Assembly: GCA_018895275.1 (NCBI GenBank) | Contig: JAHIOQ010000032.1 | Coordinates: 176 to 64,175 of the forward strand | DNA length: 64,000 nt | DNA from: Candidatus Omnitrophota bacterium | GTDB taxonomy: Bacteria; Omnitrophota; Gorgyraeia; B26-G9 | Direction of reading: 5' to 3' | In this document: piece by piece, positions 1-7,332 of the stretch | How positions within the stretch are numbered: the first letter of the stretch is position 1 | How the letters are laid out: each line of letters opens with the position of its first letter | The notes under the pieces: model-generated | What the model saw: only the letters and a program-made list of their open reading frames with translations | What the model was told of the DNA's origin: nothing | Databases searched by the model: none | Program-made: the position numbers and the translations under genes

Positions 1-36
1 TAATGGGGGGCGCCGCGTTAGAGGGAAATCTCTAAC

Positions 37-188
37 GGGGCAAACCATTCGAAAGGATGGGACGGGCAGTAAATGCCCTTCTGAGAACAATCAGAAGCAA
101 AGCCGCAAACCTACGTTAGCTCATAGCTCATAGCTCATAGCTCATAGCAGAAACCAAGATCTAAGTAGGTGGTTGGGTTACCGAATGG
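37..188 (+). promoter_or_regulatory. candidate c-di-GMP-I (GEMM-I)-like riboswitch aptamer in the leader of the 289..2760 gene
   Basis: Collinear GEMM-I signature strings: GGCAAACC (39-46), ATTC-GAAA-GGAT tetraloop hairpin (47-58), GGGACG (59-64), GCAAAGCC (97-104), and GTAGGTGGTTGGGTTACCGAATGG (165-188). These closely match my recollection of the V. cholerae Vc2 aptamer. Atypical insertions lie at 65-96 and 120-160. Not verified by a covariance model. Confidence 0.55.
118..148. repeat. AGCTCAT heptanucleotide microsatellite, 4 perfect copies plus AGC
   Basis: Direct reading gives AGCTCAT x4 at 118-145, then AGC. The array lies between ACCTACGTTAG (109-119) and CTAAGTAGGT (161-170), which can pair with each other. 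Confidence 0.95.
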
Positions 189-194
189 AGAGTT

Positions 195-211
195 AGCTGA
201 TAGCTCATAGC
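195..211. repeat. short heptamer array AGCTGAT AGCTCAT AGC
   Basis: Direct reading. It is a degenerate member of the same heptamer family. Confidence 0.9.
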
Positions 212-240
212 AAGAGCTAAAAGATAACTGAAATAAACCA

Positions 241-277
241 GCCTGTTCTCAGAAAAACGAGAACAGGCCTTTTTATT
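241..277 (+). terminator. rho-independent terminator-like hairpin immediately upstream of the 289 start codon (likely attenuator)
   Basis: Perfect 10-bp stem GCCTGTTCTC (241-250) / GAGAACAGGC (259-268) followed by CTTTTTATT. The 5' arm is also complementary to 79-89. Confidence 0.7.
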
Positions 278-288
278 GGGATAAAAAA

Positions 289-2760
289 ATGATGAAAATA
301 AAAAGTAATAGTAGACAAAAAATAATGAACCTGCTGGTTGGCGCAGGTATAATAATTTTTTCAGCTGCGATTAATGTCTATGCTGCCAACCAAATGTCCG
401 CGGATAGTTATTTGTTTACGGTTATCGATGACAATACTCCGCCGGTTATCGACAGATGTTTGCCGGCCGCTGCAGGCGCTAATGTATCGCGCAGCAGTAA
501 TATCAAATTTTCGATCACGGATGATTTTTCCGGAGTGGATAGCTCTACGATAAATATTTCCGTAGGGACGACGCCTATCGTCGTTGACGGGGTAATCCGG
601 ACATATGTGAATGGCCAAGGCGATACAGTGGAATACGATGTTAAGATCGTAGAAAAATCCGCGAAGGAATATGTGGTTGTTTATGATCGGGTGGAATATT
701 TCAATTATGAAGAAAATGTTACGGTTTCCGTTTCCGCTAGCGATGTCCGGGGTAATGCGATGGGGACAAGTTCTTATTTGTTTAAGGTTCAGAACTTTGT
801 TCACGGTTCGGTTAAGTCCTTATCCGGCAAGAGAAATGCATCATCTGTCCTGGTTGAGCAAGAACAGGATAATTCCTGTGTTGTAGTTTCCGATAACGGT
901 AAGAATGTTTATATCGTATGGGAAGAGGTTGTCTCCGGATACTGGGATATCTATTGCGCGGAATCTGCGGATTTTGGCGAAAGCTTTCTGAACGTAATTA
1001 AGGTAAACGGAAATGAGGATAATGTCGACCACCGTTATCCGGATGCGGCAATCGATGCTTCCGGTAATGTGTATGTGGTATGGCAGCAGCGCAGCGGTGT
1101 TAACGATTGGGATATATATGTCGCGCGGCTTGAGAGTGGTGCGGCGGGCTTCGCAAGCGCTAGGCTTATTTACAATGACTCAGGCGCAAGTAATCAGACC
1201 CGGCCTTCGATTGCCGTCGGCCCCGCGCTTACGGATGACGGAGATAGTGATACTGTGGAGCCGGCGACCGTGTATGTTTGCTGGCTGGACGATAAGGCCG
1301 GTATAGATATGGTTTATTATACCAGAACAACCGCCGATTACGCGGATGAATGGGATGAATTTGTCGGTATGGCATTAAGGATTGATGATGACCGTTGGCC
1401 GCAGTTATGCGCGGATCCGAGGATAAGGTTAGATGACTCCGGCCGTATATTTGCTGCCTGGAGAGGGCAAAATCAGGATTCCACGTCAAGTATTTATTTT
1501 GATACGGCGGCCGCAACAAGTGTTGACGCGGGAGAAAATTTCGGTGTGGATACGATAGTAAGCGATGGGACGGCTAACGGTAAAGGCCCGGACTTAGAGG
1601 TTTCTCAAACCGGCAGTATTGTTTATGTGTTGTGCAAAAAACTAACCGGAACAGAGGCGAATTTGCTTCTTTATTGCTATAACTATAATCAGGGTTTGGG
1701 AGTTTATGAGCTGGACGGTAGTTACCAGGTGAATGATGCGGCATTGTCTGCGGATACGTTGTTGGAATATGCCCTGAAGATAAATAATAACAACGATGTT
1801 TTTGTGGCCTGGAGCGGAAAACAGGGAGATTCCTGCGTAATTAATTTAGCGGGCGCGCTGCATACGGATTATCAGTTTGAAGATTACACGCAGTTTGCAA
1901 CCGGAGGACAGCAATTCAGGCCGGCATTGGCGACGGATATAGAGGGCAATCACTTTTTTGTCACCTGGACGGATGATCGGAATCTGCAGAATGAAGTCTG
2001 CTTTTGCCGGAATACCTTTATTACGACGGATGAGATCATCTCTGAAGGGGTAGATAGCAATACCGGCGGGCAGGTAAACGTAAGCAGTGGGGATATCTCC
2101 GGAGCAGGGATTGATGTCTCTGCGGATGCGATGGAGACGCCTCTGCAGATTACGATTGCTGAAGTTGTTGCTCCTCCGGCGGATGCCGCGGATATGAGCA
2201 GTGTAGGGCCGGTTGTTGATTTCGGGCCGGGCGGTACGATCTTTAACAGTAACGTTACGATTAGTCTGCCGTATTCGGAGCTTTCCGTGACTGATGCCGG
2301 TATTAACGAGGCATCACTAAAGGTGTACTATTATAATCTTAGCGCCTCGGCATGGGAGCTTGTGAGCGGCGCCGTAGTCGATCCGGCGCGCAATGTTGTC
2401 AGCGTGGCGACCAACCATTTTTCCATGTATGTTGTGGCTGGAACAGCAGAATTAGGCGACGACAGTCCTCCGGATGACATTGTGCCCCCGGCGTCTGTAT
2501 CCAGCAGCAGCAGCAGCAGCGGCGGATGTTTTATCGCCACTGCGGCATTTGGAACAAAAATGGCCAAGGAAGTCAGGAGCTTATGTGAGTTCAGGGACAG
2601 GTACCTCTTGAAGAATACTTTCGGCAGTGCCTTTGTGCGGTTCTATTATCGTAATAGCCCACCGATAGCGGACTATATCGCGAAAAAAGAAAGGCTAAAA
2701 CGTGTAATCAGGGCTTGTTTAAGGCCGCTGATAATTTTTAGCCGGGCAATATGCGGGTAG
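289..2760 (+). CDS. secreted or surface repeat protein (beta-propeller-like W-motif repeats) with a C-terminal Cys-Phe-Ile box domain
   Basis: 823-aa ORF with an N-terminal hydrophobic signal/anchor ([18 protein letters not shown]). It has spaced repeats [36 protein letters not shown] and FFVTWTDD. A Ser run is followed by [37 protein letters not shown] at the C-terminus. Confidence 0.85.
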   Translation: MMKIKSNSRQKIMNLLVGAGIIIFSAAINVYAANQMSADSYLFTVIDDNTPPVIDRCLPAAAGANVSRSSNIKFSITDDFSGVDSSTINISVGTTPIVVDGVIRTYVNGQGDTVEYDVKIVEKSAKEYVVVYDRVEYFNYEENVTVSVSASDVRGNAMGTSSYLFKVQNFVHGSVKSLSGKRNASSVLVEQEQDNSCVVVSDNGKNVYIVWEEVVSGYWDIYCAESADFGESFLNVIKVNGNEDNVDHRYPDAAIDASGNVYVVWQQRSGVNDWDIYVARLESGAAGFASARLIYNDSGASNQTRPSIAVGPALTDDGDSDTVEPATVYVCWLDDKAGIDMVYYTRTTADYADEWDEFVGMALRIDDDRWPQLCADPRIRLDDSGRIFAAWRGQNQDSTSSIYFDTAAATSVDAGENFGVDTIVSDGTANGKGPDLEVSQTGSIVYVLCKKLTGTEANLLLYCYNYNQGLGVYELDGSYQVNDAALSADTLLEYALKINNNNDVFVAWSGKQGDSCVINLAGALHTDYQFEDYTQFATGGQQFRPALATDIEGNHFFVTWTDDRNLQNEVCFCRNTFITTDEIISEGVDSNTGGQVNVSSGDISGAGIDVSADAMETPLQITIAEVVAPPADAADMSSVGPVVDFGPGGTIFNSNVTISLPYSELSVTDAGINEASLKVYYYNLSASAWELVSGAVVDPARNVVSVATNHFSMYVVAGTAELGDDSPPDDIVPPASVSSSSSSSGGCFIATAAFGTKMAKEVRSLCEFRDRYLLKNTFGSAFVRFYYRNSPPIADYIAKKERLKRVIRACLRPLIIFSRAICG

Positions 2761-2773
2761 CGCCATTGGCGCT

Positions 2774-2843
2774 GGCTGATGGCTCGTGGCTCATAGCTCA
2801 TAGCTCATAGCTCATAGCTCATAGCTCATAGCTCATAGCTCAT
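2774..2843. repeat. heptanucleotide microsatellite, 10 copies (GGCTGAT, GGCTCGT, GGCTCAT, then AGCTCAT x7)
   Basis: Direct reading. The array starts 14 nt after the stop codon of the 289..2760 gene and lies upstream of the 2990 terminator, so it would sit in the 3' UTR. Confidence 0.95.
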
Positions 2844-2989
2844 GGAACGACACAAGCTACCCCGATAGGACAGAAGGCAGAAAAGGTGAGCGGTAACGAA
2901 GCCGGTATCGTCAGAAAAGGCAACGGTAAAAAAAGCCGTAGCTCATAAGTAGGAATTAACCGATATAGACGGTAAGGGGGGAAGTGGAT

Positions 2990-3027
2990 GAGCTCGAGAA
3001 AAAAATCTCGGGCTCTTGTTTTTTATT
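2990..3027 (+). terminator. rho-independent terminator
   Basis: Stem GAGCTCGAGA (2990-2999) / TCTCGGGCTC (3006-3015) with one G-U pair, an A6 loop, then TTGTTTTTTATT. Confidence 0.7.
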
Positions 3028-3282
3028 ATTATTAGTGGTATAGTTTGAAGATATTTATCCCGCCTTCGCACCTGCCCCCGCCAAGGGCGGGGGGATATCC
3101 GCCATAAATAATGGCGAGATCTCGGCGCGACTGGGGCGTGGCGGAAATGCGAAGAAACAGCTTCGGCGGGATGTCACTGGATGGCAAGCCCGATTCACAG
3201 TGTCGGGCGAGATAACTCCGGGCTTGCCGGGGGGGATTTCCATAAACAAGAAATTAGCCGTAAACCCATTGAATGGTGTATC

Positions 3283-4146
3283 GTGAAAGTACAAAATTTA
3301 TTAAAAACTTCAATTATTATTATTTTGCTGGGGATAATCTATTATCCTATGTTTTGCTGGGTGTGGGAACGCTGGAATGCTACCGAGTCGTACTACAGTC
3401 ATGGGCCGCTGATTATTATCACATCGTTATTTATTGTTTGGGTCAAAAAAAAGGAATTGAAAAAACTGGAACTGCAGCCTTCTAATTGGGGGATTGTATT
3501 GGTTGCCTTAGGATTATTACTTCATTTGTCCGGAATCTGGGCCGGAGTATATTTCGTATCCGGGTTTTCATTTATTTTGGCTATCACGGGTTTGATTATG
3601 TATTTTTTTGGGAAAAGAATTTTAAAGGAGATTTGGTTCCCTGTGACTTTTCTTCTTTTTATGGTTCCACTGCCATTGGTAATAATAAGCGATATTACGT
3701 TTAAAATGAAAATGTTTGCTACACATGGGGCGGTTTTAGCGCTTAATAAAATCGGAATAACATCAATACAAGAGGGAAGTACAATAAAAATGCCTTATTC
3801 TTATTTAATCGTGGAAGGACAATGTAGTGGCTTGAAGTATTTAATATCACTTTTAGCGTTTGGCGCGGCCTTTGCGTATTTAATAAGAAAAAATATTGCG
3901 GTTAGGTGGATGTTATTTTTATCATCAATTCCTATCGCGCTGCTGGCAAATATCTTCCGGATTGTATTGATGGGGTGGGTTAGTGATGTATTTGGAATGG
4001 AAGCAGCGCATGGGTGGTTTCATGATTTTTCTGGGTTTTTGTTATTTTTCTTTGCCGCAGTGGGGTTTTTAGTGGTGAACAATTTGCTTACAACCCAGGT
4101 TAAGATAGATACAAACACTAAACTCGAAATACCAAATTCTAAATAA
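3283..4146 (+). CDS. exosortase family protein (EpsH/Xrt-like transpeptidase)
   Basis: Polytopic membrane ORF with exosortase hallmarks: ESYYSHGPL near the N-terminus, Cys in EGQCSGLKY, Arg in ANIFRIV, and His in AAHGWFHDFSG. The start is ambiguous (GTG 3283 preferred; in-frame ATG at 3181). Confidence 0.85.
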   Translation: MKVQNLLKTSIIIILLGIIYYPMFCWVWERWNATESYYSHGPLIIITSLFIVWVKKKELKKLELQPSNWGIVLVALGLLLHLSGIWAGVYFVSGFSFILAITGLIMYFFGKRILKEIWFPVTFLLFMVPLPLVIISDITFKMKMFATHGAVLALNKIGITSIQEGSTIKMPYSYLIVEGQCSGLKYLISLLAFGAAFAYLIRKNIAVRWMLFLSSIPIALLANIFRIVLMGWVSDVFGMEAAHGWFHDFSGFLLFFFAAVGFLVVNNLLTTQVKIDTNTKLEIPNSK

Positions 4147-4180
4147 AATTCGAGTTAAAAAAACAGGCTCCTGTAAGTTT

Positions 4181-4224
4181 CTTGTGTTCACACAGAGACA
4201 CAAAGAACACTAAGTTTTTTTATT
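4181..4224 (+). terminator. possible terminator after the exosortase gene
   Basis: CTTGTGTTC (4181-4189) pairs imperfectly with GAACACTAAG (4205-4214) and is followed by T7ATT. The loop is large (15 nt), so the call is weak. Confidence 0.35.
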
Positions 4225-4400
4225 CGACACTTCCATTTATAATTCTTGATATCCCATGTTTTCAACAATAATATCTGCTCTAAATCCCTCGTCAAACTTT
4301 ATGCCTTAATATTAAATTTACACATGTAACTCATGTAGAGAATGTAGAAGAGAAATATTTTGAGCCGGCTAATAAAATTAAAAAACTCCATTCCATAAAA

Positions 4401-4475
4401 CCTACATGCTCTACAGGGACTACATGTTAAAAATTCTACCACATTACCCGTTATAATTGTACCAATCCCATTTTC
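4401..4475 (-). repeat. left copy of a 75-bp inverted repeat pair flanking the sugar-transferase/PEP-CTERM cassette
   Basis: The reverse complement of 4401-4475 aligns with 7333-7408. About 65 of 69 positions are identical outside a roughly 7-nt variable patch. Shared strings are GAAAATGGRATTGGTACAATTATRACGG and TGGTAGAATTTTTAACATGTAGTCCNTGTAGAGCATRTAGG. Confidence 0.85.
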
Positions 4476-4810
4476 TATCATTCTCCGTGTCTCTGCGTCT
4501 TTGTGTGATTATAATATTAAGTTTTTAAATGGGAATCGATGCTTTTTTCTTCTCTCTTGTCCTTCAATGCCTTATATCTTTTCTTTCAATTCATTTAAGA
4601 ATGGACCGCAAAGACAATAATGTTGGCTAATTAGCACAACAGTTGTTTATAAAAATGGACAGAAATAGAGGGACGGAGCAAATATTATTAGTAGAAGTAA
4701 TAAAAGTTAAAACATTAGGTATGTTTTTAAACAAATTTAATTGCTTTAATTTTATATCGTTATAAATATGAACAGATAAAAAATAAAAAAACGCCTTGCT
4801 GCATTGTTTT

Positions 4811-4826
4811 TGGCACAAAAAATGCT
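4811..4826 (+). promoter_or_regulatory. sigma-54 (-24/-12) type promoter upstream of the sugar transferase gene
   Basis: TGGCAC-AAAAAA-TGCT has exact consensus GG-to-GC spacing (G4812 to G4824 = 12 nt). It lies 66 nt upstream of ATG 4892, and a sigma-54 activator is encoded at 10691. Confidence 0.6.
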
Positions 4827-4891
4827 GATAAATGATACTAATACACTAATACACCTTTATTAGAGTTACAACAATAAAAGGAAGCGTAGGT

Positions 4892-5674
4892 ATGTTGAAC
4901 AAAATAGCAAGAGTACATCTTAAAATTCTGGTTTCTACGATTGCCGTTACTTTGCTGCTGGTGATTCCTAAGGTTATGGCTATGTCATCTTCACAAGAGG
5001 CCCTGGCGTTGCGGCCATATGGGGTTTTTGCGTTTTTATTCTGGCTTAGCGGGGTATCGCTTCGTTTTATACAGGCGCGCTTTTTACAGTTGAAACGCGG
5101 TTTTGATATTATGGTTGCTTCTATCAGTCTGATGATTACTTCCCCGATTATTGTGCTCGCGGCCTTGGGGATAAAGCTGTTTTCTCCCAAAGGTCCGGTG
5201 TTTTATTCCCAGTTAAGAGTCGGGGAGAACGGCCGGATATTTAAAATCTATAAATTGCGTTCTATGAAGCCTGATGCGGAGAACGGCACCGGCGCGATAT
5301 GGAGTTCCGGTGAGGCTGATCCGAGATTAATCCCGTTTATCGGAAGATTGATGAGGAAGGCGCATATAGATGAAATTCCGCAATTTTTCAATGTGCTAAA
5401 AGGCGAGATGAGTGTTGTCGGGCCGCGGCCGGAGCGTCCGGAGATAGTGAATATTTTAAAATATGAGATACCGGAATATGAGAAAAGATTGAGGGTAAAA
5501 CCGGGTATTACCGGGCTGGCGCAGGTAAGGAGCAGATATGACAAAACCCTGTCTGATGTGAAGAAAAAGGTGAAGCTTGACCTTTTATATATACGCAAGA
5601 TGTGTCTTTTTACGGAATTAAATATTATTTTTAAGACAGTGTTGGTTATTTTAACAGGTAAAGCGCTAGGTTAA
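4892..5674 (+). CDS. polyprenyl-phosphate sugar phosphotransferase (bacterial sugar transferase family; exopolysaccharide priming enzyme)
   Basis: Contains KRGFDIMVASISL..SPII TM, IDEIPQFFNVLKGEMSVVGPRPERPE and PGITGLAQV, all typical of the WbaP/EpsB-type C-terminal domain. Confidence 0.85.
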   Translation: MLNKIARVHLKILVSTIAVTLLLVIPKVMAMSSSQEALALRPYGVFAFLFWLSGVSLRFIQARFLQLKRGFDIMVASISLMITSPIIVLAALGIKLFSPKGPVFYSQLRVGENGRIFKIYKLRSMKPDAENGTGAIWSSGEADPRLIPFIGRLMRKAHIDEIPQFFNVLKGEMSVVGPRPERPEIVNILKYEIPEYEKRLRVKPGITGLAQVRSRYDKTLSDVKKKVKLDLLYIRKMCLFTELNIIFKTVLVILTGKALG

Positions 5675-5725
5675 AAAGGCATTGGTGCAAAGCTCTGGCG
5701 GATAGAAAAAAAAGTGGTGAGAAAG

Positions 5726-6424
5726 ATGAAAAAATTATTGGTTTTGATAATAATTATGGTATGGGGATTTATTGTCCCGCAATCAAGTTTTGCCGTTATT
5801 ATTATGGCTGATATCGCCAATTCCACGGCGGGGCTTGGCAATTTTGAAGGCACCCTTACCTACAGCGCGGGTAGTGCGACAAACGCGACGCTTGTGATTA
5901 GTTTAAAAAATACCAGTTCTTCAGGTGGTTATCTAACAGCGTTTGTATTGAATAATCCGTTTAATTCCATCTCTGGCATTCCTACCTGGTCGTTTACGAA
6001 TGAGGATTTTAATAAACTTTTTGTCAATGCTGGAATTAAAGGTGAACCTTATGGATATTTTGATATCGGCGCAAGTTTAGGGACAAATCTACACAGTAAT
6101 TTTGCCGATAATGGTCCTCCGACGAAAGGGATAGCTGCGGGTGTTACCGAGACATTCACTTTTAATTTGGCCGGCAGCGGCCTGGACGGATTAACAGAGC
6201 AGAGTTTTATCGACGCGCTTTCCACAGGGGGGAGTTCATATTACGGGCCGCAATTTTTTGTCGCGCGTTTTCGTGGCATACCTGTTGGCGAAGGCAGTGA
6301 TAAAGTTCCGGCAAAAACAAACGGAGAGCCTGTCCCTGAGCCGGCGACGATGTTGTTGCTTGGGCCGGCATTGATGGGATTAGCGGCTACCCGGAAAAAA
6401 ATAGTAAGCAGAGATGATCGGTGA
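5726..6424 (+). CDS. PEP-CTERM sorting-domain protein
   Basis: Signal peptide (MKKLLVLIIIMVWGFIVPQSSFA). C-terminus VPEPATMLLLGPALMGLAATRKK has the PEP motif, a TM segment and a basic tail. The ORF track starts at GTG 5714. Confidence 0.85.
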   Translation: MKKLLVLIIIMVWGFIVPQSSFAVIIMADIANSTAGLGNFEGTLTYSAGSATNATLVISLKNTSSSGGYLTAFVLNNPFNSISGIPTWSFTNEDFNKLFVNAGIKGEPYGYFDIGASLGTNLHSNFADNGPPTKGIAAGVTETFTFNLAGSGLDGLTEQSFIDALSTGGSSYYGPQFFVARFRGIPVGEGSDKVPAKTNGEPVPEPATMLLLGPALMGLAATRKKIVSRDDR

Positions 6425-6589
6425 GTTAGCACGTGTAAAAAAAATAATACAGGAATGACGCGAAGCACTCACTTTTTTAGATAGAACAATGGCCGTGAAT
6501 AAACACAGCGGCCCGGAATAACGTAAGAAGTAGTTAAATATTAAGCAAATGTAATAAATTTTATTAAGAAAAGGGGGTGAATTAGAAAC

Positions 6590-7210
6590 ATGAAAAGATT
6601 AATGTTAGCAGTTCTACTGGTAACAGGTGTAATTATGATGTCTCAACCGGCAATGGCCTTTACCTTTACGCTTAGTCCGGCTCAAATTCAACAGCTTTAT
6701 AAGACTTATGCTACGGGGGGAGCTGGCACAACAGTGTATGAGGTTGAGTCCCTATTTGACGGCGCAAAGTTTATCGGTAAAATCGCTAAAATCGGCGGTG
6801 GTAGTAGCGAGATACCGGAGATTTGGATTGGATCCACTGCGCTGGGGATTAGTGATTTAAGCGGGTTTGACGCGTACGCGTTAAATATCGGTAATTGGAA
6901 TGAAAATACATGGGAATATTGTCTATACTTAAACGCCGGAGGTTCGCCGGTGCAAAGCGGATGGACAGCAATACCGGTTGGCAGTTCTGCGGGTTTAATG
7001 CTGAATCTTACTACAGTATCAGGGTTAAATAATATCTCTGATATAGGTTTTTGTATTCGTGGTAAGGTTCCGCTTGGAACTCCCCGAAACCCTGATTATA
7101 CCTTTGAAACAGTAGTTGCTCCTGTTCCCGAACCGGCAACTATGTTATTGCTCGGGCCGGCATTGTTGGGATTAGCGGGTTTGAAGAGAAAAAAGAGTTC
7201 GTGCGCTTAA
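6590..7210 (+). CDS. PEP-CTERM sorting-domain protein
   Basis: Signal peptide (MKRLMLAVLLVTGVIMMSQPAMA). C-terminus VPEPATMLLLGPALLGLAGLKRKK. A strong RBS (AAGGGGGTG) precedes the start. Confidence 0.88.
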   Translation: MKRLMLAVLLVTGVIMMSQPAMAFTFTLSPAQIQQLYKTYATGGAGTTVYEVESLFDGAKFIGKIAKIGGGSSEIPEIWIGSTALGISDLSGFDAYALNIGNWNENTWEYCLYLNAGGSPVQSGWTAIPVGSSAGLMLNLTTVSGLNNISDIGFCIRGKVPLGTPRNPDYTFETVVAPVPEPATMLLLGPALLGLAGLKRKKSSCA

Positions 7211-7241
7211 TTGAATCAGGCTGTAGATAGAATAAAGAATT

Positions 7242-7291
7242 CGCTCAAGAGAGAAATGCGGTTTTTTTCTCTTGAGCGTTTTTTATTTTTT
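7242..7291 (+). terminator. rho-independent terminator after the second PEP-CTERM gene
   Basis: Stem CGCTCAAGAGAGAAA (7242-7256) / TTTCTCTTGAGCG (7266-7278) followed by TTTTTTATTTTTT. Confidence 0.75.
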
Positions 7292-7332
7292 AGGCAAGGT
7301 GGATTTTTAACGCTAGGTATGTGAAAATTATG

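Noticed and set aside
32-119. Pairing of CTAACG (32-37) with CGTTAG (114-119) as the closing P1 helix of the riboswitch.
   Set aside because: After I found the GEMM-I 3' signature at 165-188, the 109-119/161-170 pairing (P3-like) explains CGTTAG better. The two pairings are mutually exclusive, and I cannot decide between them without covariation data.
361-804. Long antisense or overlapping ORFs in the track. Examples are 361..804(-), 16573..17091(-), 18673..19203(-), 31129..31542(-), 44507..45076(-), 51916..52413(-), 54996..55520(-), 61605..62228(-) and 61682..62275(-).
   Set aside because: Each lies entirely inside, and antisense or out of frame to, an ORF with unmistakable family motifs. 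Their translations are low-complexity or Arg/Ser/Pro-rich with no recognisable motif, RBS or signal. I treat them as shadow ORFs.
118-2843. Heptamer arrays or the 74-bp tandem duplication (34871-35004) as CRISPR arrays.
   Set aside because: The units are 7 nt with no unique spacers. The 60-nt duplicate has only two copies separated by 14 nt. No cas genes are present. These are not CRISPR.
3055-3294. 79-aa minus-strand ORF and the 34-codon N-terminal extension of the exosortase from ATG 3181.
   Set aside because: The region is dominated by stable GC helices and gives Pro/Gly/Ala-rich translations on both strands. An exosortase of normal length starts at GTG 3283. I kept it as a structured-leader finding instead, with the start ambiguity stated.
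4299-4481. 60-aa minus-strand ORF (MIENGIGTIITGNVVEF...) as a possible small protein gene.
   Set aside because: Its 5' two-thirds is the 75-bp repeat. The other copy (7330-7390) keeps the nucleotide sequence but has an early in-frame stop (MENGIGTIMTDSPGRIFNM*). Conservation is therefore at the DNA/RNA level, not the protein level.
5675-5725. Possible separate sigma-54 promoters directly upstream of the two PEP-CTERM genes (TGGTGC at 5690, TGGCCG at 6492).
   Set aside because: Neither has a GC dinucleotide at the required distance from the GG. The first PEP-CTERM gene is more simply co-transcribed with the sugar transferase.
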